Source: Candidatus Latescibacterota bacterium
GTDB taxonomy: Bacteria; Latescibacterota; UBA2968
Assembly (NCBI GenBank): GCA_965116885.1
Contig: OZ220741.1
Coordinates: forward strand, 3,158,932-3,222,931
Direction: 5' to 3'
Length of the DNA stretch: 64,000 nt
Part shown: positions 36,562 to 46,355 of the stretch, piece by piece
How the letters are laid out: the number at the start of each line of letters is the position of its first letter
Numbering within the stretch: the first letter of the stretch is position 1
Position numbers and translations under genes: made by a program
The notes under the pieces: generated by a model
Told to the model about the DNA's origin: nothing
Seen by the model: the letters and a program-made list of their open reading frames with translations, nothing else
The model's database searches: none

Positions 36562-36698
36562 AGGCAGGGTCTCATCAATTGTTGGAGATTTAACCAGTCA
36601 AGGTGGGATGAATTATACTCGTATTTGATATGAAAAATAAATCGCCTATTAAAAAAAGCAAGCCTTTCTCGCGCCCTTGCCCAGCGTTTATATAATGC

Positions 36699-36727
36699 TT
36701 GACAAGGTACATTTTTTTCGCTATCAC
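36699..36727 (+). promoter_or_regulatory. Candidate sigma70-type promoter for the SBP gene: TTGACA, 17-bp spacer, TATCAC
   Basis: A perfect -35 at 36699..36704 is followed 17 bp later by a -10-like hexamer at 36722..36727, about 65 bp upstream of the ATG at 36794. A perfect TATAAT also occurs at 36691..36696. Confidence 0.3.
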
Positions 36728-36793
36728 ATCGTCTTGTTCACGCTGTTCGCAAACCGCCATCACATACAACACAGTATCTCTGGAGATTGCGCT

Positions 36794-38104
36794 ATGAAGC
36801 ATATATGTATTCTATTTGGCCTGATATTTCTCGTTGTGGGCTGTAAACCCGCTGAGTCGCCGACACCTGTGGAGCGCTCTATCACAATATGGTGGGCGCA
36901 GTGGGATCCCGCGGATGGGCTTCAGGAATTGGGCAATAAATTCGAACAGGAAACGGGTATTGCCGTTAAGGTCCACCAGATTCCCTGGCCGTCTTATCAG
37001 GATCAGGTCTTTCTCAATTTTGGCAATAATAAAACGGATTTTGACATTGTGATTGGCGATAGTCAGTGGATTGGACGAGGCGCGACGCGCGGTCTTTACG
37101 TCGATCTGACCGACTGGTTGCCCACGGCAATTGATATAGACAAAATTCATCCCCGCGCCGCGCGTTATTTGTGTGAGTATCCGCCCGGTGGTGGCAAATT
37201 TTATGCTGCCCCATGCGAGACCGATGCCGTCGGATTTGTCTATCGCAAGGATTGGTTTGAAGACCCTGCTGAGCAAGCGGCATTTAAAGAAAAATACGGG
37301 CGGGATCTGACGATTCCCGACAATTGGGATGAATTCCGCGATCTGGCTGAATTTTTCCATCGTCCCGATCAGAAACAATACGGCTGCGCTTTGCTCACAG
37401 GCCGAGGGTATGATTCGATGACGATGGGTTTTCAGATGTTTATGTGGGGTTTTGGAGGCTCGTGGGGTGAGTTTGGCGAGTTTGCGGTGGATGGGTATGT
37501 CAATAAACCGGAAGTGGCAGAAGCCCTTGCGTATCTGAAAGAGTTGCTACAATACGGTCCCAATGGCGCGACAAATTTCGACTATGGCAAAACCTTCGAG
37601 GCATTTATCAATGGTTCGACGGCTATGAGCATGAATTATTTCGCCTTTTATCCCGGTATTGTGAAACAGATGGGGGACAAGGCGGGGTTTTTTATGGTGC
37701 CCAAAGCTGGCGACAAGCGCGTGGTGAGTCTGGGGGGGCAGGGGTTCAGTATTTCGACCAAAACATCCGCAGAGCAACAAGAACTGGCCAAGCAATTCAT
37801 CGCGTGGTTCTTGCAAACGGATATTCAAAAAGAATGGATTACCAAAGATGCCGGATTTACCGCCAATACGGATATTCTCAATAGCGAAGAATTTCGAAAC
37901 GCATCTCCGTACAACCGCGCTTTTGCAGAGTCGCTCGATTATCTTCAGGATTTTTGGAATGCGCCTGTCTATAACGAGTTGCTCGCGGTTTCACAGCGCT
38001 ATTTGGGCGAAGCGATTGACGGGGTTACGCCAGCGCAGGAAGCCCTTGACAAAATCGCTGCCGAACACGAGCAGATTTTCAAAGATGCCGGTTTGTTGAA
38101 GTAA
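36794..38104 (+). CDS. ABC-transporter sugar-binding lipoprotein (extracellular solute-binding protein family 1)
   Basis: The lipoprotein signal MKHICILFGLIFLVVGCK is followed by a family-1 SBP fold (…FGNNKTDFDIVIGDSQWIG…). No permease or ATPase genes are adjacent. Confidence 0.75.
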   Translation: MKHICILFGLIFLVVGCKPAESPTPVERSITIWWAQWDPADGLQELGNKFEQETGIAVKVHQIPWPSYQDQVFLNFGNNKTDFDIVIGDSQWIGRGATRGLYVDLTDWLPTAIDIDKIHPRAARYLCEYPPGGGKFYAAPCETDAVGFVYRKDWFEDPAEQAAFKEKYGRDLTIPDNWDEFRDLAEFFHRPDQKQYGCALLTGRGYDSMTMGFQMFMWGFGGSWGEFGEFAVDGYVNKPEVAEALAYLKELLQYGPNGATNFDYGKTFEAFINGSTAMSMNYFAFYPGIVKQMGDKAGFFMVPKAGDKRVVSLGGQGFSISTKTSAEQQELAKQFIAWFLQTDIQKEWITKDAGFTANTDILNSEEFRNASPYNRAFAESLDYLQDFWNAPVYNELLAVSQRYLGEAIDGVTPAQEALDKIAAEHEQIFKDAGLLK

Positions 38105-38133
38105 TCATAACTCAAAAAGGAAAGTACAATTCT

Positions 38134-39168
38134 ATGTCCTCTTTCAAAACGCCTGAAGACATCAAGGTGGGTGTTATCGGCTACGGCGGCGCATTCAATA
38201 TGGGCCGTCAGCATCTCACATTTATGAAAAAGGCGGGTATGACGCCTGTTGCGGTTGCAGAACTCGACGAAAAGCGCTTGAAAGTCGCGCGCGAAGAATT
38301 TCCCGGTATTGAGACCTATACTTCTGTGTCTGCTATGCTGGACAAATCCGGTGTCAATCTCGTTGTGATCATCACCCCACACAATACCCATGCCGAACTG
38401 GCATTGCAATGCCTGCGCGCAGGGCGCCATGTCATCAGCGAAAAACCGCTGGCGATCACGACTGAGGAATGCGATGCGATGATCCGTGAAGCCGCAAAGC
38501 AAAACCTGCTTCTTTCTACTTATCACAATCGCCATTGGGATGGGTGTATCCTGAATGCCCTTGAACAAATTCACTCGCGCAAGGTTATTGGCGAGGTCTA
38601 TCGCATTGAAGCCCATATGGGTGGATATAATCGACCGGGCGACTGGTGGCGCAGTAGCAAGAGCATTTCTGGGGGTATCCTCTACGATTGGGGTGTTCAT
38701 CTGCTCGAATACTCGCTTCAGATTCTGCAATCTGATATTGTGGAGGTCACCGGGTTCGCGCACACCGGTTTCTGGGCTGATGAGACCCCCTGGCAGGCGG
38801 ATACCAATGAAGACGAGGCCACGGCTATTGTGCGTTTCAAAAACGGGACATGGATCAATCTCACGATGTCGAGTATCGCATCTGCACCCCGCAAGGGCTG
38901 GCTCGAGATTACCGGTACGGCCGGTACTTATATTTTTGATGGTGGGACGTACGAAATTTTGCAGATGAAAGATGGGGAAAAGGTTGTCTCCTCTGGTAAG
39001 AATCCCGGTCACCAATACGATAAATACTACGATAATATTGCCGCGCATCTCTCGACGGGTGAAGACCTGATTATCACGCCCGAATGGTCTCGCCGCCCTA
39101 TTCACATCCTGGACCTTGCCTGCAAAAGCGCGGCGATGGGACAAACGCTCCGGGCGAAGTACGCATGA
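38134..39168 (+). CDS. Gfo/Idh/MocA family oxidoreductase
   Basis: VGVIGYGGAFNMGRQH Rossmann motif, EKP motif and the C-terminal domain are present. It lies 29 bp downstream of the SBP gene. Confidence 0.8.
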   Translation: MSSFKTPEDIKVGVIGYGGAFNMGRQHLTFMKKAGMTPVAVAELDEKRLKVAREEFPGIETYTSVSAMLDKSGVNLVVIITPHNTHAELALQCLRAGRHVISEKPLAITTEECDAMIREAAKQNLLLSTYHNRHWDGCILNALEQIHSRKVIGEVYRIEAHMGGYNRPGDWWRSSKSISGGILYDWGVHLLEYSLQILQSDIVEVTGFAHTGFWADETPWQADTNEDEATAIVRFKNGTWINLTMSSIASAPRKGWLEITGTAGTYIFDGGTYEILQMKDGEKVVSSGKNPGHQYDKYYDNIAAHLSTGEDLIITPEWSRRPIHILDLACKSAAMGQTLRAKYA

Positions 39169-39228
39169 TATGTGCAGCCTGATCTGTAGATAGACCCGAC
39201 TTTTTTAGTTTGGAAGAAAGGCGCCAAA

Positions 39229-39477
39229 ATGGATAAGACGTTTTCTTATTTAGAGATGCTGTCGCGAGAAACGGATAAGTCCGAGTCTGAGGTAATGACC
39301 ATAGCGTTTCAGAAGGGGGTTCAGCAAATGTGGCGGGAACGCATCTTGGGACGCTATTTGCAAAAACAGATCACTCGCGATGAGGCCATAGAAACCGTGG
39401 GTGTGGATTGGGTGGAATTAGCAGAGCGCCAGCACGAGGCGATGATGGAGGATATCGCGTGGGCCTTGGAAAAGTAG
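39229..39477 (+). CDS. UPF0175-family antitoxin (type II TA)
   Basis: This 82-aa helical protein is encoded immediately upstream of, and overlapping, a DUF3368 PIN-like gene, which is the canonical UPF0175/DUF3368 pairing. Confidence 0.5.
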   Translation: MDKTFSYLEMLSRETDKSESEVMTIAFQKGVQQMWRERILGRYLQKQITRDEAIETVGVDWVELAERQHEAMMEDIAWALEK

Positions 39478-39959
39478 AACGTGCTGTTGCTGATGCGGGT
39501 CCTCTGATTCACCTTTACGAGGTGGGGCATACCAATCTACTAAACTTATTTGATATGCTTTACATACCTGATGCTGTGTGGGCAGAAAGTGTTGGCAAAA
39601 GCAGAATTCCTCCCCTATCTCTCGCTAATGTACAACGTCACACTGTTGCAGGTATCGATATCGAGCACTTTGTGCAGAAGCATTCGCTGAGCAATTTACA
39701 TGCAGGTGAGCGAGAAAGCCTTTTTCTTTGCCAACAGTTAGCGGTTCCCCTTCTACTGACAGACGACCTGGCCGTTCGGGATGCGGCCAAGCGATTACAA
39801 ATACGTCCCGTAGGCTCATTAGGCATTGTCGTCAGAGGATATAGAGAAGGCCATCTGACACGTTCTGAAGCTGAGCAAACCCTCGTGGCACTACATGAGG
39901 AGAGTAGCTTGTTCGTGACCCAAACCATCGTGGAGATTGCCATCGGGCAGTTGGTCTAA
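39459..39959 (+). CDS. DUF3368-family PIN-like toxin (type II TA)
   Basis: The start was chosen at the GTG overlapping the antitoxin by 19 nt. PIN-like acidic residues lie in DAGPLIHL, ESLFL and LLTDD. Confidence 0.5.
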   Translation: MGLGKVERAVADAGPLIHLYEVGHTNLLNLFDMLYIPDAVWAESVGKSRIPPLSLANVQRHTVAGIDIEHFVQKHSLSNLHAGERESLFLCQQLAVPLLLTDDLAVRDAAKRLQIRPVGSLGIVVRGYREGHLTRSEAEQTLVALHEESSLFVTQTIVEIAIGQLV

Positions 39960-40070
39960 TTGATTCGATATGGTCAATCAAGCCAATCCGTAGAGTATAT
40001 TGTAAATCGCGAAAAAATAAAAACGGCCCATGTTTCTCAACACAGGCCGATTTCGTTTTTTATTACTGGA

Positions 40071-40793
40071 CTAAATGCCCATCCGCTTTGGGAATACTGT
40101 TACCCCCCAATTCACATACCGATCTCGTTCCTCAGGTGTCTCGGCGCTCATACCTACTTTTACAGGTGTGTCTTTTACCTGGTCGAGTACGTGTTTTACG
40201 CAGTCTTCCACCGTTCGATATGGAAATTGGGGGTGCGCCTCAATGCTGAACAGCAGATCGTTTGGTCCAAAGTTCAATACATCCACCCCTGGCTTAGCTA
40301 ACTGCGCGGCGTTGATTACGGCTTCGACAGATTCAATTTGAATTGCCAGCCATCCGTACGCATTCCACCAGGGAGCGTATTCCAACCGGTCTGGCCGCTC
40401 GTCCAGTCCAACCCGATGTACGCCACCCCAACTGCGCTTGCCCATTTGGGGATAATAAAAGGCGTTCACGGCTTCATCTACAATCGACTCACTTTCTACT
40501 TCAGGCACCATAATTCCCGAAGGTCCCAAATCGAGATAATTGCCGATCAGATAGGCGTGGCGGGTGTGCTTAATCCGGATCTGAACGGGTAAATTCAATT
40601 CCCGGGCCATTATGCAGAAAGCTACCAGTTGGGCTTCGTTAAAAGGCCCGTGTTGTGCATCTACATTTAGATAGTCACATTCGTGTTTTGACAGAATATC
40701 TGTTAGCTCACCTTTTTCAATATCCATTGGCACGCCAATAGAGTTTACAATTTCACCATTCCGAATCCGCTGTTTTAGAGTTTGTTTCGACAT
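40071..40793 (-). CDS. HpcH/HpaI-family aldolase (2-keto-3-deoxy sugar-acid aldolase-like)
   Basis: 240 aa with a TIM-barrel class II aldolase signature (…DYLNVDAQHGPF…, …GIMVPEVES…). Confidence 0.7.
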   Translation of the reverse strand: MSKQTLKQRIRNGEIVNSIGVPMDIEKGELTDILSKHECDYLNVDAQHGPFNEAQLVAFCIMARELNLPVQIRIKHTRHAYLIGNYLDLGPSGIMVPEVESESIVDEAVNAFYYPQMGKRSWGGVHRVGLDERPDRLEYAPWWNAYGWLAIQIESVEAVINAAQLAKPGVDVLNFGPNDLLFSIEAHPQFPYRTVEDCVKHVLDQVKDTPVKVGMSAETPEERDRYVNWGVTVFPKRMGI

Positions 40794-40807
40794 GACACAC
40801 CTCGCGT

Positions 40808-41911
40808 TTAGTCCAGGTTGTAGAGTTCCCGGGCATTCTCTCCCATAATTTGTTTTTTAACGTCTTGATCCGATACATGGCTCAGTGCCTGGTCGGGCGA
40901 ATCAAAGTCCCAGTGCGGATAATCGGTCGCAAACATCAGTTTATTGTCCATGTCCATGTGCGCCAGCATCTGCTCGAAATACGCCGGGTCTGAAGGTTCT
41001 TCTACGGGCTGTGTGGTCAGATAGAAATGATCCCGGATATATTCTGAGGGCAGGCGCTTTAAATAGGGCACTTCCATCTTGAGTTTTCGGTACCAGTTGT
41101 CCATTCGCCACATCAAAGGTGCGACCCATCCGAAACCGCCTTCGATTAGAACGATTTTTAAGCCGGGAAATTGCTCAAAAACGCCTTCGTACACATAGCT
41201 CGTTACCTGTGCCTGAAACGCCATGGGCATCCCCCCGTGGTCCTGAATATAATGCGCCGCCTTGCCCGCGCCCGTAATCGGGCCAATACCCGTGCCACCA
41301 AAGTGAATGCCGATGGGGAGGTCGTAGTCAACGGCTGCCTCGTAAATTTTCCAGTATTTACGGCGGCCCAGTGGCTCCATTGTGCGGGCCATGAACATCA
41401 GTTGTACAAATCCCGGGTGATCGCCCAGGCGTTCAATTTCAGCGACGGCGAGATCGGCGTCTTCATACGCGACAGTTAGGGATGCGCGCAATCGCTCATC
41501 TTTTTCCAGCCATTCTGCTATTTGCCATTCATTAACCGCTTGTGCAATCGCCGCTCCGTATTCCAGGTTTTGCTGTCCTCCAGCAGGCGATAGCGGGTTC
41601 AATATGCCGTAGTCCATTTCCCAGGTGTCCAGCAATTGTTCCTGCATAAAGCCCAGATGCGACCCAGGGGGTCCTTCGGGGGGGAATGCATCGTTTCGCG
41701 CTGCAAAGGGCACAGCTCTCGGACAATTGGACCCGGATCGTCTGCGCCCTGCAATGCTCAAATGATAATCCTTCCAGGCACTGGGCATATAATCTACCCA
41801 GACCTCAGTGGCGGGGGATTGGTATCCATCTACATTGTGAATATCGCAATCGATTACCGATAGCTTTTCTCTTTTTTTGATCTCTGGCTTTTCTAAAAGC
41901 GTCATTGCCAT
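40808..41911 (-). CDS. Amidohydrolase-2 family (COG2159/ACMSD-like) metal-dependent hydrolase, possible sugar lactonase
   Basis: The metal-binding HxH is represented by VIDCDIHN. The FATDYPHWDF C-terminal motif is typical of Amidohydro_2. Confidence 0.7.
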   Translation of the reverse strand: MAMTLLEKPEIKKREKLSVIDCDIHNVDGYQSPATEVWVDYMPSAWKDYHLSIAGRRRSGSNCPRAVPFAARNDAFPPEGPPGSHLGFMQEQLLDTWEMDYGILNPLSPAGGQQNLEYGAAIAQAVNEWQIAEWLEKDERLRASLTVAYEDADLAVAEIERLGDHPGFVQLMFMARTMEPLGRRKYWKIYEAAVDYDLPIGIHFGGTGIGPITGAGKAAHYIQDHGGMPMAFQAQVTSYVYEGVFEQFPGLKIVLIEGGFGWVAPLMWRMDNWYRKLKMEVPYLKRLPSEYIRDHFYLTTQPVEEPSDPAYFEQMLAHMDMDNKLMFATDYPHWDFDSPDQALSHVSDQDVKKQIMGENARELYNLD

Positions 41912-41923
41912 AGCGATATCTCC

Positions 41924-42991
41924 TCACAATTTGTAAAACGCGCGTGCATTTTCTCTCAAAATTTTTTCCAGTAGCGAATCGGACAGCCCTTTTGGAATGG
42001 CGTCATCCGGCCCGTCAAAATGCCAGTGCGGATAATCGGTCGAAAACATCAGTATTTCATCCGAGTCCAGTTGTCCAATCATTTGCAACAGGTGTTCGGA
42101 GTTTATGGGCGCGTCCATTGGTTGTAGTGTCATCCGAATGTGTTCTCGCACGTAGTCCGATGGCGGTCGCACGACCCAGGGGGTGTCTCGGCGCAGACCT
42201 TTCCACTCTTTGTCCATGCGCCACATCCAGGCAGGCATCCAGACAAATCCACTTTCGATTAACACCACCCGCAATTCGGGAAATCGCGCAAACGCACCTT
42301 CTGAGATCAGGCTCAGGACTTGTGCCTGAAAAATCTGCGCCATATCGGCACATTCTTCAATATAGGTCGAAGGCCAGCCCACGGGTGTGGGGGGAAGCGA
42401 TGAAGCGCCGCCAAAATGAATGCCAATTGCCAGGTCGTGCTTTACTGCTGCCGCGTACATCGGATTGTATTCGCTTTTTCCATATAGAGAATAGGAGCGA
42501 ACAGGGAGTATTACCTGGACGAAGCCGGGATGATCGCCAAAGCGTTCAATTTCTCGCGCGGCGAGGATGGGATTCTGGCTGGGTACGACCAATGAAGCGC
42601 GGAGACGCGCGTCTTTCTCCAGCCAGTGATCGATCTGCCACTGGTTGACCGCTGTTGCAAGCGATGCTGCGAGGTCTTCGTTGTGTACGCTTTGCACCCA
42701 GTAGCCACAGGTCAAAATCCCCACTTCTACATTCCATGGGTCGAGTACCTGTTTTTGCGTTAGTTCCAGATTGGAACCCGGGGGACCATTTGCGGGTCGA
42801 GTACCTTTCCGCGCAGATGTGGGTGCGCCACCCGGATAATCATTCGCGCCGGGACCCCGAAAATGGGATTCGCGAATATACGCGACCCAGTGGTCTTCCA
42901 GATATGGGACAAGGGTTTCCAGAGAGGCAAACGCATTGTGAATGTCGCAATCGATAACGGGGCGGCCGAGCCCTGTAAAATCAGCGGTCAT
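41924..42991 (-). CDS. Amidohydrolase-2 family metal-dependent hydrolase (tandem paralogue)
   Basis: The same VIDCDIHN and FSTDYPHWHF motifs are present. It is a tandem paralogue of the previous gene. Confidence 0.7.
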   Translation of the reverse strand: MTADFTGLGRPVIDCDIHNAFASLETLVPYLEDHWVAYIRESHFRGPGANDYPGGAPTSARKGTRPANGPPGSNLELTQKQVLDPWNVEVGILTCGYWVQSVHNEDLAASLATAVNQWQIDHWLEKDARLRASLVVPSQNPILAAREIERFGDHPGFVQVILPVRSYSLYGKSEYNPMYAAAVKHDLAIGIHFGGASSLPPTPVGWPSTYIEECADMAQIFQAQVLSLISEGAFARFPELRVVLIESGFVWMPAWMWRMDKEWKGLRRDTPWVVRPPSDYVREHIRMTLQPMDAPINSEHLLQMIGQLDSDEILMFSTDYPHWHFDGPDDAIPKGLSDSLLEKILRENARAFYKL

Positions 42992-43012
42992 ATTTTTCTC
43001 TTCGGGATGTGA

Positions 43013-44683
43013 TCATTGCGAGACGCCGCCGTGTGCGTCAAAAAAATCGAAAATAGACGGTAGGGCTGTGTACCATATCGTGTTGTGCGTATCGTCGGGA
43101 TATTCGGTATAGGTGAAATTTGTCATATACTTTGCCAGCAGTTTTGCGGTGCGTCGCGCGGGTTCTGCCAGTGCGACCATGTCCTTTGCGCCTTGTGAAA
43201 ATAGCACGGGTAGATCGGCATGCGGTTTGACGTGTCTCGATCTTACCCATCGTCCGCTGGCCGCGATTGGCGCGATGGCGGCGAATTTTTCGGCATGTCT
43301 CAATCCCAAAATCCAGGTACCGCCTCCGCCCATCGAATGTCCGGTGAGGTACACGCGCTCTGGATCGATATTGTAGATGGATAATACGCGATCCAACACA
43401 TCCATGACATCTTGCCCGCCAATTCCGCGATACCCTGTAAAAGGCCCGCGTCCACTCGGCGCGACAAGTAAATATCCGCGTTCTTGTGATAGACGCTTAC
43501 ACAGGTTCTCCGTTTCGCCTCTTCTGCGCCGGTCCAACCAGGTGTTTTCGCTGCCAGAAGCGCCGTGAAGACCAATGATCAGCGGCCATGATTGATCCGG
43601 TGTATAGCCCTCTGGCACAAATATGCGATAGGGTACGAGTTGGCTGTCAACTGCTGAGCGATACGCGAGGTGAAAGTCGCCAGTGCTTTTCTTCAGGGGG
43701 TCTTTTCCCGCCAAAAGTGCCGAAGATAGGGTTTCGGCGAGATCGATGTCTGCCGGTATGTTAATCGCGCCGCGCCAGGTCAATCCTCTGCCACCACCGC
43801 GGTATTTCATGACCATAGGTTGCGCTGTTCGCCTGAGATCTCCCACGTATTTGGCGCGCATTTCCTCGAGGTGCGCGACGATATATTCGATTGTTTCAAC
43901 GGCTACCCGCTGGGTCGTACCAAGGGAAGCGATATTCTCACTCTGCAAGGTTTTTAGCCGCGTTTGCAAAATTTTCAGGCGTGAAGACATTGTGTCTGTA
44001 TGCAAAAAAGCCCGCGTGACTCTCAGCAGAAGTTTGCCCGCTGGATCGCGCAATTCATAGCGCACGCCTGCGCGTCCTTCGGGCAAACCCGCTGTTGATA
44101 AGGCGCTATCGAAAGCGCGGACAGACGAAATTGGTAATGTGTGCTCGTCAACTACGCCCTTCGTTCCTCGTAGCGATAGCCGCGCCGTATATTCGCCTGA
44201 AAGCGGCTGTCCCAGGGTAAAGAGGGGTTTCAGTTGTACGTGAAGTGTGTCGTCTGTGTTCGTGATGGTGCGATTTAATACCAGGTTGTAGCTTGCAGCG
44301 AGTTCTGTACCTTCGCCAGAGCTACTGTCTCGCGTCATTGCCATAAAGCGTATAAACAGGCGATAGGCGCGATAGTTGTCTTTTTTTTCAAAAGCAGCAA
44401 AAGCTGAATCAGATAGTGTCTGGAGGTTGGGCGGTACGCCCTCATCTGTTTCTTTCAGGCGGTTCAATGTAGAACGCGTGACCACTGTAAATGCGCGGGC
44501 ATCTTCCCAGGCGATATCGCCGAGTTGCTCGCCTTCGAGTGTGGTGATAGAGGGCTGGGCATGGCCTCTTACACAGGTTCCTATTATACAAATGACACAT
44601 ATCGAGGCGTATTTAAAAAGAAGATGTGGGAAAGAGATGGGCATAAGTATCGCCTTTTTCTGAGTCAATAAATCATTTGACAA
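43013..44683 (-). CDS. Alpha/beta-hydrolase esterase with N-terminal extension and signal/anchor
   Basis: The nucleophile elbow GHSMGG and the oxyanion region IGLHGASG are present. An N-terminal hydrophobic segment precedes a ~300-aa domain of unknown function. Confidence 0.7.
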   Translation of the reverse strand: MSNDLLTQKKAILMPISFPHLLFKYASICVICIIGTCVRGHAQPSITTLEGEQLGDIAWEDARAFTVVTRSTLNRLKETDEGVPPNLQTLSDSAFAAFEKKDNYRAYRLFIRFMAMTRDSSSGEGTELAASYNLVLNRTITNTDDTLHVQLKPLFTLGQPLSGEYTARLSLRGTKGVVDEHTLPISSVRAFDSALSTAGLPEGRAGVRYELRDPAGKLLLRVTRAFLHTDTMSSRLKILQTRLKTLQSENIASLGTTQRVAVETIEYIVAHLEEMRAKYVGDLRRTAQPMVMKYRGGGRGLTWRGAINIPADIDLAETLSSALLAGKDPLKKSTGDFHLAYRSAVDSQLVPYRIFVPEGYTPDQSWPLIIGLHGASGSENTWLDRRRRGETENLCKRLSQERGYLLVAPSGRGPFTGYRGIGGQDVMDVLDRVLSIYNIDPERVYLTGHSMGGGGTWILGLRHAEKFAAIAPIAASGRWVRSRHVKPHADLPVLFSQGAKDMVALAEPARRTAKLLAKYMTNFTYTEYPDDTHNTIWYTALPSIFDFFDAHGGVSQ

Positions 44684-44795
44684 AATAAGTTGCTATTGGG
44701 AAAAATGCAAGGCTAAGGAACAATTCCGACTTGTGCGATACGGAATCCCACTTTATCATGGTCTCTACTATTGCCAATCTTATGCAAAGGAGAAA

Positions 44796-46331
44796 ATAAT
44801 GACTTCTACTGTTCGCAAATCCATTGTCGCCCTGTTGTTATTGCTTCCATATCCCATTCTCGCAGATGTTTCTATGCCCGCGATTTTTTCAGATAATATG
44901 GTGTTGCAGCAGCAAACTGCAATATCCGTGTGGGGAAATGCCAGTGCGAATGAGGAGATTGCTATTGAGTTAGATACCCAGCGCGTGACGATCACAGCAG
45001 ATGCGGGGGGTACGTGGCAGATTCACCTGAATCCTATGGAAGCGGGAGGCCCATATCAGCTCACCGTGCGCGGCGAGAATGTCGTCACTTTTAACAATGT
45101 GATGGTGGGGGAGGTCTGGGTCTGCTCGGGGCAATCCAATATGGCCTGGTTTGTCAGGCGTTCTCAAAATGCGGAGGAGGAGATCAAAGCGGCAGATTAT
45201 CCCAATATCAGGCTTTTTACGGTCAAACGCAGTGCCGCGCAAAGGCCCACGCAAGATGTTGAGGGCACCTGGAGCGTTTGCGATACGAGTAGTGTCGGCA
45301 ATTTTTCTGCGGTGGCCTATTATTTTGGACGCCGCCTGCACAAATCTTTGAATGTGCCCATTGGTCTTATCAATACATCCTGGGGTGGTACACCGGCTGA
45401 GGCCTGGACGTCATTGCCCGCGCTTCAAGTTATACCGGAGTATGCGCCGCTGGGCAAGCGCTGGGCTGAATACATCGCCGCTTATCCAGAAGCACGGGAG
45501 GAATACCAGGCCAAGCTCGCCGTATGGCAGGCAAATACCGATAGCTTGCGCGCTTTGGGGCAACGCCGTCCGCGAAGACCGTGGCGAAATCCGAATAGTC
45601 CCCATCGCCCGTCTGTGCTCTACAATGGGATGATCGCACCTCTCGTTCCATATCCCATTCGCGGTGCGATCTGGTATCAGGGGGAATCAAATGCTGGCCG
45701 GGCATATCAATATCGCGCGTTGTTTCCAGCGATGATTCAGGACTGGCGTTCGAGTTGGGGGCAGGGCGCATTTCCATTTTTCTTTGTACAGCTTGCCAAT
45801 TTTAGACCAGTAAAGGAAGATCCCGAGGAGAGTGCCTGGGCTGAATTGCGCGAGGCGCAATTGATGACGCTTTCATTGCCGAATACAGGTATGGCTGTGG
45901 CGATTGATATTGGTGAGGCAGACGATATTCACCCGAAAAATAAACAGGATGTTGGCTTGCGTCTGGCTCTGGGTGCAGAAGCTATGGTCTATGGTATGGA
46001 TCAACCGCATTCTGGTCCTATTTATCGGTCTATGGCGGTTGAAGAAGACAAAATTCGCCTGAAATTTGATCACGCGTATGATGGCTTAAAAGCAAAGGGC
46101 GACATGCTCAAGGGTTTTGCGATTGCCGGTCAAGATCGCAAATTCGTTTGGGCAGAGGCAAAGATTGATGGCAACGATGTGCTGGTCTGGAGCAAAGATA
46201 TTCAGCAACCCGTTGCAGTCAGATACGCATGGGCAGATAATCCAATTTGCAATTTGTACAATGGTGCAGATTTGCCGGCATCGCCATTTCGCACGGATGA
46301 CTGGCGCGGTATCACCGCTGACCGGCAGTAG
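44796..46331 (+). CDS. Sialate O-acetylesterase-like (SASA/SGNH) carbohydrate esterase
   Basis: The signal peptide MTSTVRKSIVALLLLLPYPILA and the catalytic GQSNM motif (VWVCSGQSNMAW) are present. The start was chosen at the ATG with an AAGGAG SD. Confidence 0.7.
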   Translation: MMTSTVRKSIVALLLLLPYPILADVSMPAIFSDNMVLQQQTAISVWGNASANEEIAIELDTQRVTITADAGGTWQIHLNPMEAGGPYQLTVRGENVVTFNNVMVGEVWVCSGQSNMAWFVRRSQNAEEEIKAADYPNIRLFTVKRSAAQRPTQDVEGTWSVCDTSSVGNFSAVAYYFGRRLHKSLNVPIGLINTSWGGTPAEAWTSLPALQVIPEYAPLGKRWAEYIAAYPEAREEYQAKLAVWQANTDSLRALGQRRPRRPWRNPNSPHRPSVLYNGMIAPLVPYPIRGAIWYQGESNAGRAYQYRALFPAMIQDWRSSWGQGAFPFFFVQLANFRPVKEDPEESAWAELREAQLMTLSLPNTGMAVAIDIGEADDIHPKNKQDVGLRLALGAEAMVYGMDQPHSGPIYRSMAVEEDKIRLKFDHAYDGLKAKGDMLKGFAIAGQDRKFVWAEAKIDGNDVLVWSKDIQQPVAVRYAWADNPICNLYNGADLPASPFRTDDWRGITADRQ

Positions 46332-46355
46332 GTTCAACCTCTACAGGAGATTCCA

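Noticed and set aside
41944-42648. 234-aa plus-strand Arg-rich ORF
   Set aside because: It is antisense within the amidohydrolase-2 gene (41924..42991), a shadow ORF.
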